From Promethearchaeia archaeon (lineage in GTDB: Archaea > Asgardarchaeota > Lokiarchaeia > Sigyniarchaeales > SOKP01): a DNA stretch of 64,000 nucleotides. The stretch spans positions 1-64,000 of the forward strand of contig JAWOCD010000006.1 in NCBI GenBank assembly GCA_046483985.1. Reading direction: 5' to 3'. Shown piece after piece: positions 61,781 to 64,000 of the stretch; the first letter of the stretch is position 1; each line of letters opens with the position of its first letter. The position numbers were made by a program, and so were the translations under genes. A model generated the notes under the pieces. That model was given only the letters and a program-made list of their open reading frames with translations. It did no database searches and was not told the origin of the DNA.

Positions 61781-62758
61781 TTACTCATTAGGGTTAATCA
61801 TCAATTTAAAGGTGGATTTTTGATTGAGCGTGGTTTCTGTCGGGTTAGCGGGGATAAGTTTTATCAATGGATATCGAAAGGCTAAAAATAAGGAAATACC
61901 CCTTAGCCTTTTATTATCGAGGTAAAGCGGTAAGTTTTTGAATTTATAAAAGTAAAAATTATTATACCCTCCATTTATATGACCAACTTCCTTTGTTCCT
62001 AAATATATTGGGCTATGTAAATATTCGTTATCAAATTTTCGATTGAAAAGAGCAATCCCCTTTTCATAAATAGGAAATCCACCATCTAAGATACATTTAT
62101 CCTCTTTTAGGTGGCCAGAAAGACCAAATATGCCACTAAATTGAGTATAAAAGCGAGTGGATGCTTTTGCTAAATAATATTGTGAATATATTGACTCAAT
62201 TTTTACAGGAATAGGTAGAGGTGTATAATTATGATTATTTTCTTCCTTTTCATGGAGCTTAAACGACAAGTGAGATAAATTGAGGGGAATTTCCACCCCT
62301 CCTCGAGCACGGAAAGGATTTTCTTTCCTTCGAATTTCCAAATGTATGTGGGGGCTCGACCACGGGGCAAAATACCCATTTTTAATCGTCGTTCCCAATT
62401 CATCTCCAGTATTAACGAAGGTTCCTTTCTTAACCTTTGGTTTAACATGAAGAATTTTATATATAATCTCTGGGTCCTTTGTATTTTTTATAAGAATTAC
62501 ATATTCATTAGAAATCCCTCCTTCGAATCCAGGAGTTGGTGCCTTCAAGATCCTTGTATCTATGACTTCCCCGGTAACAGGACTAAAAGCTGTAAAGTTT
62601 TTTAGAGAAAGATCCTGATAGATATCGAGAGCAACGCCATGTTGGTGAGCATGATAAGGGGATGTTGCAAAACTAAAATAACTAATTCCTTGTAGAGAAA
62701 TCTGTAAAGTATCACTTTTTATCAATGTAACAAAATTTGAACATTTCATATCACTCAT
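61781..62758 (-). CDS. M23 peptidase-like hypothetical protein
   Basis: HxxxxxxD (HQHGVALD), SPVTGEV, LHV and PHIHLE resemble LytM/M23 motifs. Confidence 0.6.
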   Translation of the reverse strand: MSDMKCSNFVTLIKSDTLQISLQGISYFSFATSPYHAHQHGVALDIYQDLSLKNFTAFSPVTGEVIDTRILKAPTPGFEGGISNEYVILIKNTKDPEIIYKILHVKPKVKKGTFVNTGDELGTTIKNGYFAPWSSPHIHLEIRRKENPFRARGGVEIPLNLSHLSFKLHEKEENNHNYTPLPIPVKIESIYSQYYLAKASTRFYTQFSGIFGLSGHLKEDKCILDGGFPIYEKGIALFNRKFDNEYLHSPIYLGTKEVGHINGGYNNFYFYKFKNLPLYLDNKRLRGISLFLAFRYPLIKLIPANPTETTLNQKSTFKLMINPNE

Positions 62759-62792
62759 CTTATCTTTGTCTGGAAACCTATTTTAAGCAAAA

Positions 62793-63287
62793 TTATTGTT
62801 CAAGAACATATTGACGGATTAAGTCTCTAACTTCCTCCGCCAAACTTTGGTCTAAATTCTGTTTTTTATATTCTTCCTCCACCCATGTACAATAGGAATT
62901 TGGAAAATAAATAGACCTAAGCAAATTGACTGGTTTTCCTTGAAATGTCATATTTACCAATTTGAAGTCAAAGGGAAACGCAAAACAATAAAGCGGTTTT
63001 ATTTCATGGATGGTACATAATCCTTCTTTTTTATCATAATAGTAGCAATGGTTTTTTTTATATAGCCTCAATAAATGGCACTGTCCAGTTTCATACAACT
63101 TAACCCCTCCTAAATCTGCTTCATTATTTAAAAGCAGTTCATAATCACCTTTCAAAAGCGGGATCCGTTCAATATTTCGAGTGCAACAAGATTTTTTACA
63201 TTGTAAACATTCAAACTTAGCTTTTCTTTGCAATTCAAGGATCTTTTCTCTGATAATTTTGTATAAAGATGAGTTTTTTTCTCCCAT
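62793..63287 (-). CDS. YkgJ-family cysteine cluster protein
   Basis: CLQCKKSCC ... CYYY....LCTIHEIKPLYCFAFPF. Confidence 0.85.
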   Translation of the reverse strand: MGEKNSSLYKIIREKILELQRKAKFECLQCKKSCCTRNIERIPLLKGDYELLLNNEADLGGVKLYETGQCHLLRLYKKNHCYYYDKKEGLCTIHEIKPLYCFAFPFDFKLVNMTFQGKPVNLLRSIYFPNSYCTWVEEEYKKQNLDQSLAEEVRDLIRQYVLEQ

Positions 63288-63522
63288 ACTACCACTTAAT
63301 ACGAATAAATATAAGAAAATTTTAAAATGAATTTATGAAAAAACAAATGCTAAAAGAATAAATCGCATTACCATTTTAAAGGCGAAAGTTTATAATTTTC
63401 TAATTCTTATATAAAATAGCTCATTTAGAGCAATTTAATATTTAACACCAATTTTTGAGATTGGTTCAACTTGGAACATTAAAATAACCAATACTCAAAA
63501 ATTGCAAAATAAATGAATAGAA

Positions 63523-63789
63523 ATGAAAGAAGGTACAGTAAAGTGGTTTGATAGCCGTAAAGGCTACGGTTTTATTACTACAGAAGAGGGAGAAGATGTT
63601 TTCGTTCATTATTCCGCAATTGAGGGGGATGAAGACGATTTTAAAACCCTCAATGAGAACGATGTTGTTGAATTCGAAGTCACTGAGGGAGATAAAGGCC
63701 CTCAAGCAAACAATGTTGTCGTTGTAGAAAAAGCAAATCCTTATGATCAAGGCGAAGGCGAAGGCGAAAATCGAAGATTTCGATTTTAA
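63523..63789 (+). CDS. cspA: Cold-shock domain protein
   Basis: [27 protein letters not shown]. Confidence 0.95.
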   Translation: MKEGTVKWFDSRKGYGFITTEEGEDVFVHYSAIEGDEDDFKTLNENDVVEFEVTEGDKGPQANNVVVVEKANPYDQGEGEGENRRFRF

Positions 63790-63968
63790 ATTTGTTTTTA
63801 ATTTTGTAGCAATAACCTATCTGAAGAAATAAATGAATAAGTAGTAAGTAAACTGTTATTGAAACTTATCTTTTTTTTTAAATTTTTTTTATTTTTTTTT
63901 GTTGTAGGTAATATATTTTTGTCAGCTCTATCCTATCAGTAATGAAATTCACTAGGTGTCACTATTCT

Positions 63969-64000
63969 TTAATTAGCAGGCCGGCGAGGTACACCAAGAA
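63969..64000 (-). CDS. Probable 3' end of a gene continuing beyond the window
   Basis: GC-richer tail reading LGVPRRPAN*. Confidence 0.3.
   Translation of the reverse strand, partial: LGVPRRPAN

Noticed and set aside
893-63750. Many 60-130-aa ORFs nested in or antisense to long genes
   Set aside because: They are shadow ORFs of well-supported CDSs and have no motifs of their own.
1-64000. Selenoprotein (in-frame TGA), tRNA, rRNA or CRISPR features
   Set aside because: I saw no TGA-interrupted conserved ORF, cloverleaf, rRNA-like segment or repeat-spacer array by eye. A covariance-model search would be needed to exclude them.

Overview
AT-rich archaeal DNA, most likely from a Lokiarchaeia (Asgard) genome. 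This is inferred from a Rab-like and an Arf/Rag-like small GTPase, a PCI-like protein, archaeal Lrp/TrmB/Bat regulators and eukaryote-like CarB sequences. Metabolic genes include glnA, two complete carAB operons, pyrG, citrate synthase, a 2-oxoacid:ferredoxin oxidoreductase operon, GH13, a heterodimeric ABC exporter, Tpt1 and a cold-shock protein. No rRNA, tRNA or CRISPR array was seen. Main surprises: (1) the oxidoreductase beta subunit is circularly permuted, so the ThDP-binding GDG...DN motif is split between the C- and N-termini; (2) the second carAB operon has a glutaminase subunit lacking both catalytic Cys and His but an intact synthetase, so it may be an ammonia-dependent, CPS I-like enzyme, and it is divergent from a Fe-S gene pair; (3) a recent IS1634 insertion (15-bp TIRs, 6-bp TSD) splits an eIF2B-family gene; (4) a tnpB 3' remnant keeps its right end, and related hairpins occur elsewhere; (5) intergenic DNA holds short fragments of unrelated enzymes; (6) a leader ORF mimics the N-terminus of the Rab gene; (7) several small genes are missing from the ORF track.
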